A stretch of 64,000 bases of DNA from an uncultured Clostridia bacterium (GTDB lineage Bacteria; Bacillota; Clostridia; Christensenellales; Pumilibacteraceae), in assembly GCA_947066105.1 (NCBI GenBank), contig CAMSYM010000008.1, positions 26,695 to 90,694 on the forward strand. The letters run 5' to 3'. Below, in pieces: positions 46,369 through 56,700 of this stretch. A program made the translations under genes and the position numbers. Each line of letters begins with the position of its first letter. The first letter of the stretch is position 1. The notes under the pieces are model-generated. The model was not told the origin of the DNA. It searched no databases and saw only the letters and a list, made by a program, of their open reading frames with translations.

Positions 46369-47739
46369 ATGGTAATGTATAATTTTTCTTCGGCGCTGTT
46401 TTGGTACAAGTTCATATTTATAACGGAGCTTATCACTGCGGAATGCACGTTCGTGTTTTTGCTCAAAGAGCGCAAAAGATTTTTATTGCGCGCCGTGCTG
46501 TCCGTTTTGGGCATGTACGGACTGACTTTTGCCGTGCCTATATTCGGATACAACGCGCTTGCGGTGTCCGCGCTTTTTTCCGCGCTGTTTGTGGCGAGCC
46601 TTGGCGCGATGAAGATATGCTTCGACGAAAAATTCGGCGTTATCCTGTTTTGCGGGATATGGGCGTACACGGTACAGCATTTTTCTTATCTTATAGGCAA
46701 CTTTATCACGACGGCGGCGGGGCTTTCGAGCGGATCGTTTTACGAATCGACCATAACGGTGTACAATGCGGGTTCGCTACTTATCGGCACAGCGGCGTTT
46801 ATAGTCGTGTACTTGGCGTCCATGTTTACCGTGCGATACATATTCCGCAACATGACCGAGATACGCATACACGGTTTCGTGCTGGTCGTGCTGTCTATCA
46901 TTTCGCTCGTGATAGAGATAGTGCTCAACGCAATAGTCGTATTTTTGCAGGTGGAAACGGTGTCGCTCACGCTGTTTGCGCTGTGCTATGTTTACGATAT
47001 TCTCGGGTGTCTGCTCACCATAGGTTTGTTGATATTTTCGCTGTGGAACAAATCGTTACAGCGCGACAAGGCGATAATGCAACTGCGGTTCGACAGGGAG
47101 CGGCAAAGCTTCGAGATACGCAAGGATAAGATAGACCGCATAAACATCATGTGTCACGATCTTAAACACCGCATACGCGAGCTGGGCGAAACGGGCTATG
47201 CGAACGACAAGCTGAAAAAGCTCGAAAGCGCCATAAAAAGCTACGACGCGCGGTTCCGCACGGGCAACGACGCGTTGGACGTGATACTTTCGGACGCGAA
47301 TGTCCAGTGCGAAAAGAGCGGCATACAGTTTGTGTGCATGGCGGACGGATCGTTGCTTGCGCATATGGAGACCGATCATATATATTCGCTGTTCGACAAT
47401 GCCATAAACAACGCTATCGACGCGGCGGGCAATGTCGACGAACCCGAAAAGCGATACGTGTACGTTTCGGTCGCGCGCAAAAACGGCATGATAACGGCGC
47501 ATGTGGAAAACTGTTTCGTAAACGACGGTAAGCTGACGTTCGAGAACGGCGTGCCGCAAACTACCAAGAACAACGCCGACGAGCTTCACGGCTACGGCAT
47601 GCGCAGTATCAAGCATATAGTCGAGCTGTACGGCGGCGGGTTGTCTGTCAAGGCTGACGGTGATATTTTTATGCTGGATATATTTATCCCGTTTGTCGAG
47701 CGGGCGGACGATACCAAACTTGAAACGAAAACGACCTAA
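46369..47739 (+). CDS. GHKL sensor histidine kinase (AgrC/LytS-like)
   Basis: Multiple TMs, HDLKH, TGNDALDVIL, LFDNAINNAID and HGYGMRSI motifs. Confidence 0.92.
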   Translation: MVMYNFSSALFWYKFIFITELITAECTFVFLLKERKRFLLRAVLSVLGMYGLTFAVPIFGYNALAVSALFSALFVASLGAMKICFDEKFGVILFCGIWAYTVQHFSYLIGNFITTAAGLSSGSFYESTITVYNAGSLLIGTAAFIVVYLASMFTVRYIFRNMTEIRIHGFVLVVLSIISLVIEIVLNAIVVFLQVETVSLTLFALCYVYDILGCLLTIGLLIFSLWNKSLQRDKAIMQLRFDRERQSFEIRKDKIDRINIMCHDLKHRIRELGETGYANDKLKKLESAIKSYDARFRTGNDALDVILSDANVQCEKSGIQFVCMADGSLLAHMETDHIYSLFDNAINNAIDAAGNVDEPEKRYVYVSVARKNGMITAHVENCFVNDGKLTFENGVPQTTKNNADELHGYGMRSIKHIVELYGGGLSVKADGDIFMLDIFIPFVERADDTKLETKTT

Positions 47740-47781
47740 CTTGAAATGCCCATTGACACTCGCCGCGCGGCTTATTATAAT
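47714..47781 (+). promoter_or_regulatory. Putative LytTR direct-repeat site plus sigmaA promoter of GH3 cluster 2
   Basis: CCAAACTTGAAACG (47714) and CCTAACTTGAAATG (47735), 21-bp period. TTGACA (47753), 17 bp spacer, TATAAT (47776). Confidence 0.75.
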
Positions 47782-47843
47782 GGTATCGGAATCACGCCCG
47801 ATACCGTTTTTTGCGTGATAAATAAATTTCAACGGGAGAGTGT

Positions 47844-49469
47844 ATGAAAAAACTGTCGAAGATCCTATTGTCGACGCTCGTCGCGGTCTTGCTCGGCTTT
47901 TCGTTCGCGGCGTGCGGCGGAAGCCGGCTCACTGCGATAGAGATCGTGTCCGATACGACCGAATTCGTAGCGGGCGACGTGATAAGCACGGAGTTTGTGT
48001 CGGTAAACGCCAAGTATGCCGACGGGAGCAGTCGCACGGTCACGGGCTGGACTGCCGATATTACGGGCGCGCTCGAACAGGGCGAGCATACCGTAACTAT
48101 TACATATACCGAAAACGGCGTGACAGTCAGCGCGACGCTCGACGTTACTGTGTCGGAGACGGAGCATGTTCATGAGTTCGGAGCGGAATGGCAAAGCGAC
48201 GACGTCGCGCACTTTCGCGTTTGCGCTTGCGGTGCGCGTACGGACGAAGCGGCGCATATCCGCGCCGGCATAACGGTGACAGCCGAAGCGGACTGCATTA
48301 CGGACGGCACGCGCGCTTATGTTTGCGCCGTTTGCGATCGCAAGGGCGAGGAAAAGTTAGCCGCGCTCGGTCACAGCTTTAATATAGACCGTCTCGACGA
48401 CAACTCGCATTGGAAGGATTGCGCGCGTTGCAACGCATCGTCGCAAAAGCTCGCGCATGATTTTATCCTATGCGTAGATAACGTAAAGACGGAATGGTTT
48501 GACGGCGATACTTTTACGCTCGACGGGGCGACCGCGCATAAGGAGTGCGACTGCGGATATGCGAGTGAGCTGGATATTGCTACGGTCGTTTCGTCCAAAA
48601 CGGAATTGAACGTGACCGACGGCGGCGAATTGACATTGACTTGCGGCGAATTGACGACGACGATAAATATAGACGTCAAACGTCGCGAGATAATCGGCAT
48701 CGAAATCGATCCGTCGACAAAAAACGTTTACTTGATCGGCGAAGCGTTCGGCGGCGGCACGCTCGTGATAACGTACAACAATTCTTCTACGACTACAACC
48801 GAATTGACCGTCGACATGATAAAAGGCTTTGATACGAACAGCGTCGGCGAAAGAACGTTTGAAGTAGAATACGACGGAAAAAAGTGCGAGCTTGCGGTCA
48901 AAATAGGATACGACGCGCAGTCCGGCGCATATGAGCTGGGTACGGAAAAGCGTGCGTATAAATTGCAAGCGGAAGATGAAACGTATGTTGATATGAGCGG
49001 CGCGGCGTTGCAAAAAGGCACTGCGACCAATAAATTCGAAAATCAGGCAAAGGACGGGAACAATCAGTTATATCCCAACGGCGCCGAAGGATACAGTACT
49101 TGCAATATCACTAAACCGGGCAATAAAATAGTGATAAAATTCTATTCGCGTTCGGCGGGAAAATTCAAGCTCGGTCTACGTGCGCAATCGGGCAATAAAG
49201 CAGGGAAAAGCGATGTTGCCGTCGACGCGGCATTTTCGGTAAAAGTCAACAGTTCGCAAAAAAAGATAAACGGCAATATTGCGAAGGCGAGCTTGTCCGG
49301 TAGTAATTGGCAAAATATGACTAATTGGACAACGCTCGAAGATATCGCGGGCGAGTTGGATATTGTTGTCGGTTTGAATACGATCGAGTTCGCTTATCTC
49401 GGCACGTTAGACGGTACCGGCGATCTGCGTTTCCCCAATATCGACTACTTTATTATTACATTGATTTGA
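47844..49469 (+). CDS. Lipoprotein with Ig-like (Big_3-type) domains, Cys/His modules and C-terminal CBM-like domain
   Basis: Lipobox FAAC. Ig-like YxxGExFxGGTLVITY..GFDT. C-terminus homologous to that of 58512..60038. Confidence 0.7.
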   Translation: MKKLSKILLSTLVAVLLGFSFAACGGSRLTAIEIVSDTTEFVAGDVISTEFVSVNAKYADGSSRTVTGWTADITGALEQGEHTVTITYTENGVTVSATLDVTVSETEHVHEFGAEWQSDDVAHFRVCACGARTDEAAHIRAGITVTAEADCITDGTRAYVCAVCDRKGEEKLAALGHSFNIDRLDDNSHWKDCARCNASSQKLAHDFILCVDNVKTEWFDGDTFTLDGATAHKECDCGYASELDIATVVSSKTELNVTDGGELTLTCGELTTTINIDVKRREIIGIEIDPSTKNVYLIGEAFGGGTLVITYNNSSTTTTELTVDMIKGFDTNSVGERTFEVEYDGKKCELAVKIGYDAQSGAYELGTEKRAYKLQAEDETYVDMSGAALQKGTATNKFENQAKDGNNQLYPNGAEGYSTCNITKPGNKIVIKFYSRSAGKFKLGLRAQSGNKAGKSDVAVDAAFSVKVNSSQKKINGNIAKASLSGSNWQNMTNWTTLEDIAGELDIVVGLNTIEFAYLGTLDGTGDLRFPNIDYFIITLI

Positions 49470-49481
49470 TCGGAGATATAT

Positions 49482-52400
49482 ATGAATTTCAAGACGTTTT
49501 GGAAAAAAAGAAGCTTTAAGGCGTGGTTTTGCTCGTTCATACCCGTGCTTGCTTTGACGCTTGCCGTCGTGCTTGTGCTTACGTGCAATACCTTTTTGTA
49601 TCAAACGATAAACGCCGTGTTGGGCGGCGAGCGTCGCGTGTTAAAAAGCGGTGACCCGTCCAAGTATCAGTATTACACCACGGAGTACAAGGGCAAGGAC
49701 GACGTGCTTGCGGCGGCGAACGCGCTCAACGAGCGCATAGTAGAAGAAGGCGCGGTGCTTTTGAAAAACGAAAATAACGCATTGCCCGTCGCGGCGGGCG
49801 CAAAGGCTACCGTTTTCGGCAAGAATTCGGTCAACGCGGTTTACGGCGGTTCGGGTTCCAACGCGGGCGCGGGCGGCGACGACGGCAAATGCACTCTTTA
49901 CGATAGTTTGGAAAGCGCGGGAATCGAGTATAACGACGCGATGAAGGCGTTTTACGACAGCGACAAGCGATCGGGCGACGGTCGTCCCGCATCGCCCGAC
50001 ATGAATTCGACCATAACGGGTTTGACCGGCTTTGCCACGGGCGAAACGCCTGCCGACAGGTACGACGATACGGTACGCGCGTCGTGGAAGGATTACAACG
50101 ATCTGGCGATAGTGTTTATCTCGCGCATAGGCGGCGAGGGCTTCGATCTGCCGCGCTCCATGTTTTGGGACGGCAAGGGTTATCAAAACTGGAACGGCGA
50201 TTCGCTCATACCCGGCGCGCGTAACAAGGACGATCACTACTTACAGCTCGATAAAAACGAAACGGACATGATAAGCGTCGCCGCGCAAAACTTCGATAAG
50301 GTCGTTGTCGTGCTTAACTGCCCCACGAGCATGGAACTCGGATTTTTGGACGATCCCGATCATTACGCGTACAGCGACAAAATAAAAGCGTGCTTATGGA
50401 TAGGCACGCCCGGCAATTCTGGCATGGCGGCGCTCGGCAGGATACTGACGGGCAAAGTTAATCCGAGCGGGCGGACGGCGGATATTTACGCGCGCGACTT
50501 TAAAAAAGACCCGACCTGGAACAACTTCGGCAATAATCTCGAAGAGGGCGGCAATCAGTACGTCGACGAGAACGGCGAAAAGCGCAGTGCGTACTTCGTG
50601 CATTACAGCGAGGGCATTTACATAGGCTACCGCTATTATGAAACGCGTGCGCTTACGGAATCGAATAACGGCAACGGCGGGTGGTATAAGGACAACGTGG
50701 TGTTCCCGTTCGGTTACGGGCTGAGCTATACAGACTTTACGTGGAGCGTCGAGCGTACTTCGCATTCCGAAAGCTTCGACGGCGACGACACGATCACCGT
50801 CGACGTAAAGGTCGTCAACGTCGGCGACGTTGCGGGCAAGGACGTAGTACAGCTTTACTATTCCGCGCCGTACTATTCCGATAGCGGTATCGAAAAATCG
50901 CACGTCGTTTTGGGCGCGTTCGCAAAGACGAAGTTGTTGCAGCCCGGCGAGAGCGATACAGTTGCGCTCGAACTTTCCGCGCGCGATATGGCGAGCTACG
51001 ACTATGCGGACGGTAACGGCAACGGGTTTAAGGGCTACGAACTCGAACACGGCAACTATACGCTGTACGTTGCGCGCGATTCGCACGACCGTTCCGCGCC
51101 AGTCACGCTTTCGCTCGGCGCGGACGTCAAGTACGAAACGGACGGCAAAACGGAGACGCCCGTTAAAAATCTTTTCGACGACGTAAGCTCGCGCGTGACC
51201 GAGTACATGAGCCGCGACGACTTTGAAGGAACGTTTCCGCAAGAACCGTCGGCGGAGCTTCGCACGCTCAAAGCGAGCGATATACAAAAGCTGAATTACA
51301 CGTTAAAGGATAAGGCGAGCGATCCGTGGTACAGTACGGATATGCCCGATCAAAGCGCGTCGGAGCTTACGCGCGATCAAACAAAGATCAAGCTTTACGA
51401 CCTTATAGGCAAGGACTACGAACACGAGCTGTGGGACGAATTGCTCGATCAATTGACTGTTTCGCAAATGCGCTCGCTCATAGAGATAGGCAACTACCAT
51501 ACCGAAGCGATAGTCGGTATAGACAAACCCAAAACCACCGATCCCGACGGACCTATGGGCTACTCGCTGTTCATGGGCGACGACGCGGTGTATAAGACCT
51601 GCTACTATGCGGGCGAATCGCTCATGGGTAGCACGTTCAACGTCGAACTGGCGGAAGAGTTCGGCAAGATGATAGGCGACGAGTCGCTCATCGGCGATCG
51701 CAAGGGCGACAAGCGCACGTATTCGGGCTGGTACGCGCCCGCGTGCAATCTTCACCGCAGTCAGTTCGGCGGACGCAACTTCGAGTATTACAGCGAGGAC
51801 CCCGTGCTTTCGGCTAAAATGGCTGTGGGCGTTATCCAAGGCGCGATGAGCAAGGGCGTATATACTTATCTCAAACATTTTGTCATGAACGATCAGGAAA
51901 CCAACCGCGACACCAACGGTATAGCGGTGTGGGCTAACGAGCAGACCATGCGCGAGCTGTACTTTTTACCGTTTGAAAAGGCGGTCAAGGACGGCGGCAC
52001 TACCGCGATGATGAGTTCGTTCAACCGCATAGGCTTTACCTGGGCGGGCGGAAATCACACGCTGTTGACAAAGCTTCTGCGCGACGAGTGGGGCTTTAAG
52101 GGCATGGTGATAACCGATTACAACCTGCAACAGTACATGAACGTCGACCAAATGATCCGCGCGGGCGGCGACGTCAACCTGAGCCAAAGCAAATCGCTCA
52201 AAAATTACGATACCGCGACTTCGGTCACGGCTATACGCAAAGCTGCCAAGAACATTCTGTACACGGTAGCCAACAGCAACGCCATGAACGGCATGGGCGA
52301 AGGCAACGTTTGGGCGTACGCCGCGCCCGTATGGTTCATAGCTATGTGGGTCGTGTTTGCCGTGCTTGCGGCGGGATTTGTCGCATGGGGCGCGGCGGTG

Positions 52401-53768
52401 ATAGCGAAAATAGCCGTCGAGTACAATACGGGCGTAAAGAGCGGCGTTATAGTACCGCCCGCAAAAAAGCAACGCGTCAAAGATCCCGACTTTAAAATGA
52501 GCAAGCTCGCTAAGATATTCATAGCGGCGACGGGCGGCGCGGCGGTCGCGCTTGCGGTGACGGCGATAGCGCTTTTGGCTACGCCCGCCGAGCAAAGCGG
52601 CGTGCCGCAGGATTACAGACCATACGTCGGCGGGATCACTTTGACTTTCGACAACATGCCCGTTACGGGCGGAGTAGTCACCGTCGAGCGCGGCGGCGAC
52701 ACTCACCGCATAACGGCGCTCGTCGATACGTACGGCATGGAATCGGGCGGGGTCGTATACGAAAGCTCCGACGAGAATATAGCGGCGGTCGGAGCGGACG
52801 GCACGATCGACGCGAGAGCGGTCGGCGAATGTTCGGTCACCGTTACGGTAGTCAACGATAAGTCGGTGTACGGCGCTTTGCTTGTGCGCGTTACCGACGG
52901 CGAGCTTGACGGCACGGCGCACGTCGTGACGGTGGTGGGCGGAAGCGCGAATTTGGCGCAGGCGACTGCGGGAACGACGGTAATACTCACGCCCGAAACT
53001 CGTACGGGCATGCGCTTCGTCGGCTGGGAATTCGACTGTGAAGTCGAACAAAGCGGAAACCTGTTCCGCATGCCGTCCGCGCCCGTTACCGTAACGGCTA
53101 AGTACGAGAAGATAGGTTACAAACTGACGCTCGACGGCGCGACGTTCGCGGACGGCGAAAGCGAAAAAACTCTGTTGTACGAGGACGGTTTCCCGCAAGA
53201 CATGCGTTATACGCTCGACGACGGCGAGCTGTTTTTCGGCTGGCGCGACAAGGTGAACGGCAAACGCGTGACCGATCTTACCATGCCCGCGCGCGACATG
53301 ACGATACAGCCGATGATCCTTGCCAAGGGCGATGCGCTCGTCATGGCGGAAAACGGATTCGATTACGGTTCGGGTACGGGCGGCAATGCGACCGATACCG
53401 ATATCGACGGCGTAGCCGCAAAGCGCATAGAGATAGCGGCGGGGCAAAGCCTTGTGCGCATCAAAAACGGCGGAGTCACCGGCGGCGGCGATAACGACGT
53501 GTACGTCGGCATCACTCTGCGCAATCCCAACGAGTTCGATATAACTTTGGAATATCAGGTGGAGTATTACGGCGTAGTGTGGGGTACGGGCAAGGTGACA
53601 GTCAAGGCGGGCGAAACGGCAACATATGCCATAGTCGTAAACGGACTGGACGCAACGGCGACGCCTTATCACAGAATAGTTTTGGAAGCGGCGACGGAAC
53701 AAACGGCAATGCTCGATTTTTGCGGGTTTATTTACGAAACCGAAGGAGAGAACAATGAAAATGCGTAA
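49482..53768 (+). CDS. GH3 beta-glycosidase 3 (permuted) with TM hairpin, Big_2-like, InlB-B-repeat-like and beta-sandwich domains
   Basis: EEGAVLLKNE, YSEGIYIGYRYYET, TDPDGP, KHFVMNDQE, VITD. Two TMs after the catalytic core. Confidence 0.9.
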   Translation: MNFKTFWKKRSFKAWFCSFIPVLALTLAVVLVLTCNTFLYQTINAVLGGERRVLKSGDPSKYQYYTTEYKGKDDVLAAANALNERIVEEGAVLLKNENNALPVAAGAKATVFGKNSVNAVYGGSGSNAGAGGDDGKCTLYDSLESAGIEYNDAMKAFYDSDKRSGDGRPASPDMNSTITGLTGFATGETPADRYDDTVRASWKDYNDLAIVFISRIGGEGFDLPRSMFWDGKGYQNWNGDSLIPGARNKDDHYLQLDKNETDMISVAAQNFDKVVVVLNCPTSMELGFLDDPDHYAYSDKIKACLWIGTPGNSGMAALGRILTGKVNPSGRTADIYARDFKKDPTWNNFGNNLEEGGNQYVDENGEKRSAYFVHYSEGIYIGYRYYETRALTESNNGNGGWYKDNVVFPFGYGLSYTDFTWSVERTSHSESFDGDDTITVDVKVVNVGDVAGKDVVQLYYSAPYYSDSGIEKSHVVLGAFAKTKLLQPGESDTVALELSARDMASYDYADGNGNGFKGYELEHGNYTLYVARDSHDRSAPVTLSLGADVKYETDGKTETPVKNLFDDVSSRVTEYMSRDDFEGTFPQEPSAELRTLKASDIQKLNYTLKDKASDPWYSTDMPDQSASELTRDQTKIKLYDLIGKDYEHELWDELLDQLTVSQMRSLIEIGNYHTEAIVGIDKPKTTDPDGPMGYSLFMGDDAVYKTCYYAGESLMGSTFNVELAEEFGKMIGDESLIGDRKGDKRTYSGWYAPACNLHRSQFGGRNFEYYSEDPVLSAKMAVGVIQGAMSKGVYTYLKHFVMNDQETNRDTNGIAVWANEQTMRELYFLPFEKAVKDGGTTAMMSSFNRIGFTWAGGNHTLLTKLLRDEWGFKGMVITDYNLQQYMNVDQMIRAGGDVNLSQSKSLKNYDTATSVTAIRKAAKNILYTVANSNAMNGMGEGNVWAYAAPVWFIAMWVVFAVLAAGFVAWGAAVIAKIAVEYNTGVKSGVIVPPAKKQRVKDPDFKMSKLAKIFIAATGGAAVALAVTAIALLATPAEQSGVPQDYRPYVGGITLTFDNMPVTGGVVTVERGGDTHRITALVDTYGMESGGVVYESSDENIAAVGADGTIDARAVGECSVTVTVVNDKSVYGALLVRVTDGELDGTAHVVTVVGGSANLAQATAGTTVILTPETRTGMRFVGWEFDCEVEQSGNLFRMPSAPVTVTAKYEKIGYKLTLDGATFADGESEKTLLYEDGFPQDMRYTLDDGELFFGWRDKVNGKRVTDLTMPARDMTIQPMILAKGDALVMAENGFDYGSGTGGNATDTDIDGVAAKRIEIAAGQSLVRIKNGGVTGGGDNDVYVGITLRNPNEFDITLEYQVEYYGVVWGTGKVTVKAGETATYAIVVNGLDATATPYHRIVLEAATEQTAMLDFCGFIYETEGENNENA

Positions 53769-56700
53769 GAACAAAATGTACAAAGCGACCGCGTCGATTT
53801 TTGCGGCGGCGCTTATCGCGACAAGCGCGTTCGGAGTTGCTCCCGCAATACGCGTTGCGGCAAATAATGCGGGGGGGGGTATGCCTTCCGAAATTTCCGA
53901 AAGCTCCGCAAGCGCGAAAACGTTGAAAAAGAGTCCCGTCAACGGAAATTATTATTTCGCGGATTACGACAGCTCGCAGGAAGCGTTCGAAGCGGGCGAC
54001 AGGCTTAACAAGGATATAATATCCGAAGGCGCGACACTGCTCAAAAACGAAAACTCTCTGCCGCTCAAAGCGGGCGCAAAGGTAAGTATTTTCGGAAAAC
54101 GCTCGGCTAACAACCTGCGTTACGGCGGCGCGGGTTCGGGCGCGGGCAGCGGCGGCGCGAAGATAACTCTCGCGCAATCGTTGGAACGCGCGGGGCTTTC
54201 CGTAAACGCCGCATTGACGTCGTTTTACAATAACAATAACCAGTCGGGATCTGCGGGCGGCGATCTTAACAGTTACGGTGTTTATGCCGGACCCAAAAAC
54301 GGGTTCGAAACGCCGGTAGCCAAGCTCAAACAGTACGTAAACGAAAGCACGTATTCCGAGTACGGCGACGCGGCTATCATAGTGATCTCGCGCGCGGGAA
54401 GCGAAGCGGGCGACCTTACCAAGGGCATGGCGACGGGATACGGCGGCGACGGCAGGCTAAACGGCACTCCCGTTTCGGGCGCGCGCAATGCCGACGATCA
54501 TTACTTACAGCTCGATCAAAACGAGACCGATCTCATCAAGTACGTGGGCGATCGTTTCGACAACGTTATAGTGTTGTTTAACACAGGCTCGCAAATGGAA
54601 GTTGGATTTTTGGACGACGAAAATCACTATGCGTATCACAAAAATATCAAGGGCGCGATGTGGATAGGATTCCCCGGCAACGGCAACGGCTTGGAAGCCG
54701 TGGGCGAGATATTGGCGGGCAAGATAAGTCCGAGCGGACACACCGTAGATACTTACGCGCGCGACTTCAAGCTCGACCCTACGTGGTCGAACATGCCGAC
54801 GTATACAAATAATTTGTTCGTATACTCCAACTATTCGAGCAAGTCGTTCGTCAACTACAAGGAAGGCATTTATTCGGGCTACCGTTATTACGAGACGCGC
54901 GGGTTCACCGAAGGCGACGACGCGTATGTCAGCGGCGGCGAAAATACCGACGTTATCCACGGCACGAACACTACCGAGTGGGATGATTGGTACGACGCGC
55001 ACGTAGTGTATCCGTTCGGCTACGGCTTGTCGTACACTTCGTTCGACTGGGAGTTCGTAAGCTCCACATTGCCCGACGACGGCGTTATAGACCGCGACGA
55101 CGAAATATCCGTTTCGGTCAAGGTGACCAACACGGGCGAATACGCGGGCAAGGACGTAGTTCAGCTTTATTATACCGCGCCGTATACTGCGGGCGGGATA
55201 GAAAAGTCGTACGTCGCGCTTTGCGGGTATGCAAAGACGGGCGTGCTGGCGCCAGACGAAAGTCAGGTCGTCACGATGTCGGTCAAGGCGCGCGACATGG
55301 CGAGCTACGATCATAACGACGCCAATAAAAACGGATTTAAGGGTTATGAGCTGGAAGCGGGCGATTACGTTTTGAACGTAAGTCGCAACGCGCACGACGC
55401 GGTCATAAAAAAGGCGTTCAAGGTGGCGGGAGACGGCTTTAAGTACGCAGAGAACGAGATCGGCGTAATAGTCGAAAACCGCTTCGCCGATGCGGAAGCG
55501 GAAAACACAGTATATCTGAGCCGCAAGGATTTTGCGGGGACGTTCCCCAAAGAGCCGACGGCGGAAGAGCGTATCGCGGCGCAGACGGTGACGGACAAAG
55601 TCGCCGAAACGTCGGACAGCAACAAGATAGTTGCGGGCGACGATCCGTCCGATCCGTACTATGCGAGCGAGATGCCCGTAACGGGCGCGGACAACGGCGT
55701 AAAACTTGTCGATCTTTACGGACTCGATTACGAGAGCGCGGACTGGGAATTATTTCTCGATCAGCTTTCCGTCGGCGACAAGACGACGCGCGGCACTATG
55801 ACCAACGCCGTTTGGGAAAGCGGCTGGACGAGCTTCGGTAACTCGGCGCTCGGCATACCCGATTTTCACCATGAGGACGGTCCGAGCGGTATCGCGGGGC
55901 GGTACGTCAGCGGCGGTAACTATACCAACTTCGCAAGCGAAACGGTCACCGCATCCACTTGGAATAAAGAGCTTGCCGAACGCAAGGGGAATATCATAGG
56001 CAATCAGGGCTTGTTCGGCAACGGCTCGTCGCACGTGGAAGCGCTGTACGCGCCCGCTTGCAATATCCACCGCAGTCCGTTCGGCGGGCGTAACTTCGAG
56101 TATTTTTCGGAGGACGCGTATTTATCGGGCGAGATGGCGGGCAACATCGTCGCGGGCTGTAACGAAAAGGGCATGATAACCTTTGTTAAGCATTTTGCGG
56201 TCAACGATCAGGAATCCAAGCGCGACACGCTGTTGACCTGGGCGAACGAGCAGACTATACGCGAAGTGTATTTGCGTCCGTTCCAGATCTGCGTGGAAAA
56301 ATACGAGTCGCACGGCATGATGTCTGCGCTCAATAATCTCGGCGCGGTATGGACGGGCGGACATTACGAACTTTTAACCGACGTACTGCGCGGCGAGTGG
56401 GGCTTCGACGGCGTGGTCATCACCGATTACGTGCAAGGTCGCGGACAGCTTAACGGCAATATGGCGTTGCGGGCGGGCGGGGATATTTTGCTCGCGACGA
56501 GCGGCTCGGTGCAAAACCCCGCGGGACTCGATAAGCCCACGACCGTCGCTAATCTGCGCCGTGCGACGCATAATCTGTATTACAATATAGTCAACTATAC
56601 CGCGGCTTTCAATAAGAGCGTGATAAACGCGATGGGCGCGTACGACGGCGGCACGCTCGCGCCTGCCATCGATTCGATGGATTACGAGCAGTCGGTAGCC

